A stretch of 52,909 nucleotides of DNA, filler included, from Sphacelaria rigidula (Eukaryota), in assembly GCA_964200075.2 (NCBI GenBank). It is 4 parts of 4 records of this genome, joined end to end, with 100 filler letters (N's around TTAATTAATTAA, not from the genome) between each part and the next. Parts side by side here need not be neighbours in the genome. Positions count along the whole stretch, not along the records: positions 39,760 to 52,909 come from CAXNAA020003115.1; 3 more parts are not named here. One strand, given 5' to 3'. The notes below the pieces were generated by a model that saw only the letters and a list, made by a program, of their open reading frames with translations, was not told the DNA's origin and made no database searches. Each line of letters opens with the position of its first letter. The stretch's first letter is position 1. The position numbers were made by a program, and so were the translations under genes. Below are positions 49,830 to 52,909 of the stretch, in pieces.

Positions 49830-50455
49830 TACCCTCACGCCACCTCCAATGTGCTGTACCTATGGCTGTGTTGTCGTGTGTTCATCCCTTGCGAAGACGG
49901 TTTGGTCTCCGCTGGGATTGCCTGAGCTGCTGTACTGCTGCTGTATTCCGCTCTGTACAAAGCAATTGTAGTCAGCACGCCGTGGTGTCTTGTCAAAGTT
50001 AAAATTGCAATTATATGTTCATTGTACGTCTTATCTTTCATAACAAACAAGGCGATTCGTGCCCAGATCCATCATCCCTGAGCTGCAGCTGACACTGTAG
50101 CATGGTGCGCTCGAACGCTGCCAAGGCGGTTTGATCTGCGGTGGGCACTGCCTCAGCTGCTGTGCTACTGCTGTGTTTCCGTCGCCTAGAAAGTCGCAGT
50201 TGACGCACGCAGTCCATCCTACGCAAATCGTAGTCGACACGTGAAGTCTTTTTTACACACCGTTGAACGCATCATGGTGTGTTGGTCGTTGGGTCTTTTG
50301 TAGAACGAATAGGGTGATTCATGCCCACATCCATCGCTTCTGTGCTGTAGTTACCGCTGTGCTGTGGTGCGTTTGAACCCTGTGAGGGCGGTTTGACCTG
50401 CGGTGGGCATAGCCTGAGCTGCTGTGCTGCAGTGTATTCCAGTCGGTACCGAATT
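49830..50455. repeat. Three diverged ~135-bp direct repeats
   Basis: Core g.cggtttg..ct.cg.tggg...gcct.agctgctgt.ct at ~49900, ~50125 and ~50390. Confidence 0.7.
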
Positions 50456-50519
50456 GGGGTCGGAACACGGCGCTGTCTATCTATATGAAGTTGAGGAAGT
50501 CCACACTCTGGACAATGGA

Positions 50520-52335
50520 CACAATAATAGTCCATTGCTTCAGTAATAGAGATGGAAAAAGATATATCGATATATATTATCGAACACGATAGATGGTCAA
50601 ACATATCTATTGATATGTATTGCAAGGGACAATAGATGTTGCAATAGTCGATCGATAGTCTAGGGCAATTACAATAGATGGAGATCACTCGCCATTGATG
50701 GACATCGTGTACCGCAATAGATTCTGGGTTGTTTATATCGGTAGCTATTACCGTAATCGATATGTTTGGTAAGATATCCATCGATAGTCATTGCCGTTAT
50801 CAATGGGTTTGGTGAGCCATCCCTCGATAGTCATTGCCGTCACCAATCGATTAGGTGAGCCATCTATCAACACCTATTACTGCCATCAATAGATTTGGGT
50901 AGCCGTCTATCGGTAGCCTCTGCCGCCACCAATGCATTTTTTGGTATCTACCAATATGGGCATTGCCGTCAACAATCGATTGTTCTCGGGAGCACCTATC
51001 GATAGCCAGTGGCGCCAACGATAGGATTTGAAAAAATATTGCTCGCTGCAGTTGTCGCAAGACATCGACGGCAATACCCTTTACACGTGAATACGCAGCT
51101 ACCTGAGGCGATAGCTGGCCATAGCTTCTGTGGAATAAGGTGGAAACATACAGCGAAATATTTACATATATAGCGCTAGTGATCGACGCCATTCAGCTAC
51201 GTTTGTGGTCAGCGATAGATATTAGTGGCCGCAATTCAGATTACATTGTGACCAGCGGTAGACATTGATGGCCGCGATTCAGATTCCATTGTGACCCTCG
51301 ATAGACATCGGTGGGCTCAATTGATATCCCATTGTGACCAACAATATATATTGCTGGCCGCGTGGTAGATCCTATTGTGATTGGCAATATACATTGGTGG
51401 CCACGATTCAGAGCCTATTACAACAAATAAAATGTATCGATAGACAACTTGCCCCCTCCATTGTCACGGCAATGACACACTCTGCCCCTTGTCCCGAATC
51501 CATTGTCGCCTACAATGGCTATCGATATACTTTGATGCCAGTCGATTATGACTGACAACGAACATTGACAGACATATTTTCGCGGCTATTGCAGCGCCAA
51601 TGTTCTATTACATGATCTATTGTCCAGGGTATAAGTACATCTCACCCACACACAACAGTACTGAAAGCGCTTATGTTCATCAGAGGGACAACCAGAAGTA
51701 CTGACACTACACCAACAAAAGTTGTAAGCTTTTGTCCACACATATTGCGGACTCCTACAAAATACAAGCGTTCCATCATTTGTAGAAACGTGATGTCATA
51801 CGCATATATTCGCAAGTAGTATCATTATATACCCACTGCATGTCCACCTGCGGCTTCTCTAGCGTACCTTAACAGAGTATAATAATATGCTCTATACGTC
51901 GTATGTTGCGATGTAGGTGTGGCAATAAACGACAGAGAATATCTATCGGTAGGCATTGTATACCACAGTAGATTCTGGTATATATCTATCGATAGTCATT
52001 GCCGCCGTGCATAGATTTATACGCAATTTATCAATAGCTACTGCCGTAATCAAAAGATTTGGTATACAATCTGTCAATAGTCATTGTCATCATCAATATA
52101 TTTAGCACGCGGTCTGTCGATAGCCATTGCCGTCATCAATAGATTTCGGTGTAGGGCCACAGTAGACTGCTGCCCAGACAAGAGTGTGGGAAACTGGTCT
52201 ATCGACAGGCATTGCTAACGACATTAGAAATATGAACGTGACGATCGATGGTCATTACGGACGCCAATATTGGCATCTACTGCAGCAGATTCTATTGCTA
52301 TCGCAATAGATGCCGTCTATTGTCCAGGGTGTGCA
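50520..52335. repeat. Degenerate minisatellite (atctatcgatagtcattgccgtcatcaatagattt-like)
   Basis: Many diverged ~45-bp units; the block end tctattgtccagggt recurs at ~51616 and ~52316. Confidence 0.7.
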
Positions 52336-52849
52336 GATTTTAATCCTCCGGGTTTCTCATCCCCAATAAAAGATCCATGCCCAATTTGTAAGATCCCGTG
52401 ATAATACCCAGCCAACATGCACAAATGTGGTATCATACTGACCGCAATGAACAGACAAAAATGGTGAAATAGCCAGATTTTCGTTCAAGGCTATAGCGGT
52501 GGCGTCATGAGCAAAAATATGTCTCGACCAATCAGCGCCCTTCAAGTTGTACCGAAATTGAAAAAACGATTCCAAGCCCAATTTTCACCGAATCTCCACA
52601 TGGTTAAAGTCGTGCTAACCGTCATCAGCCTGGGAATCTGACGGGAGGAACAGAGTTGAAAACTAATCCAACGGGGTCGAATTTTGCCCGAAACCGTAAT
52701 GTTTCGGTGATGTGGAGCCTTTGCGTCGTCTAATTTCCACTCATGATACGTACGAAAGACCCACAGAGCCTCGTGACGATTTCCCTTTTATCCGTTGCAG
52801 AAAAGCTTAGATCACCCTCAAACTTGGCAATTCCGTAGGTAACAGCCTG

Positions 52850-52909
52850 GATTCGTTATTGAGGTTCAACATTTTAATGAGTTTCAACTCGAAAACAGTG
52901 CTTTTCCTG
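52850..52909. mobile_element. Family C MITE end, cut by window end
   Basis: tgaggttcaacattttaatgagtttcaactcgaaaacagtgcttttcctg matches 6055-6100 and the reverse complement of 5730-5790. Confidence 0.65.

Overview
Eukaryotic, intron-rich and repeat-rich DNA, most consistent with a brown-algal (Phaeophyceae) nuclear genome. That assignment is inferred from the EsV-1-7 repeat protein and the long GT-AG introns. The window is not one locus: it is four contigs of 13155, 13154, 13150 and 13150 bp joined by artificial 100-nt N/TTAATTAATTAA linkers, so adjacency across linkers means nothing. Contig 1 holds tRNA-derived SINEs, MITE families, a hairpin-rich non-coding region and an EsV-1-7 Cys-rich repeat ORF cut by the gap. 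Contig 2 is mostly decayed transposon sequence (Ty1/copia RNase H with a likely LTR, fold-back arrays, microsatellites). Contig 3 carries a 10-exon Pumilio/PUF gene (5' end missing) with a Puf4-type recognition code. Contig 4 carries three exons of a TrmA/RlmD-family RNA m5U methyltransferase on the minus strand, a spliced and possibly hAT-derived pseudogene on the plus strand, and further repeats. No complete novel system is demonstrable. The best leads are TIR elements carrying tRNA-like Pol III boxes (one with a captured AP2-like coding remnant), a structured region sharing a motif with a copia 3' UTR, and a 4-unit higher-order repeat in the EsV-1-7 array.
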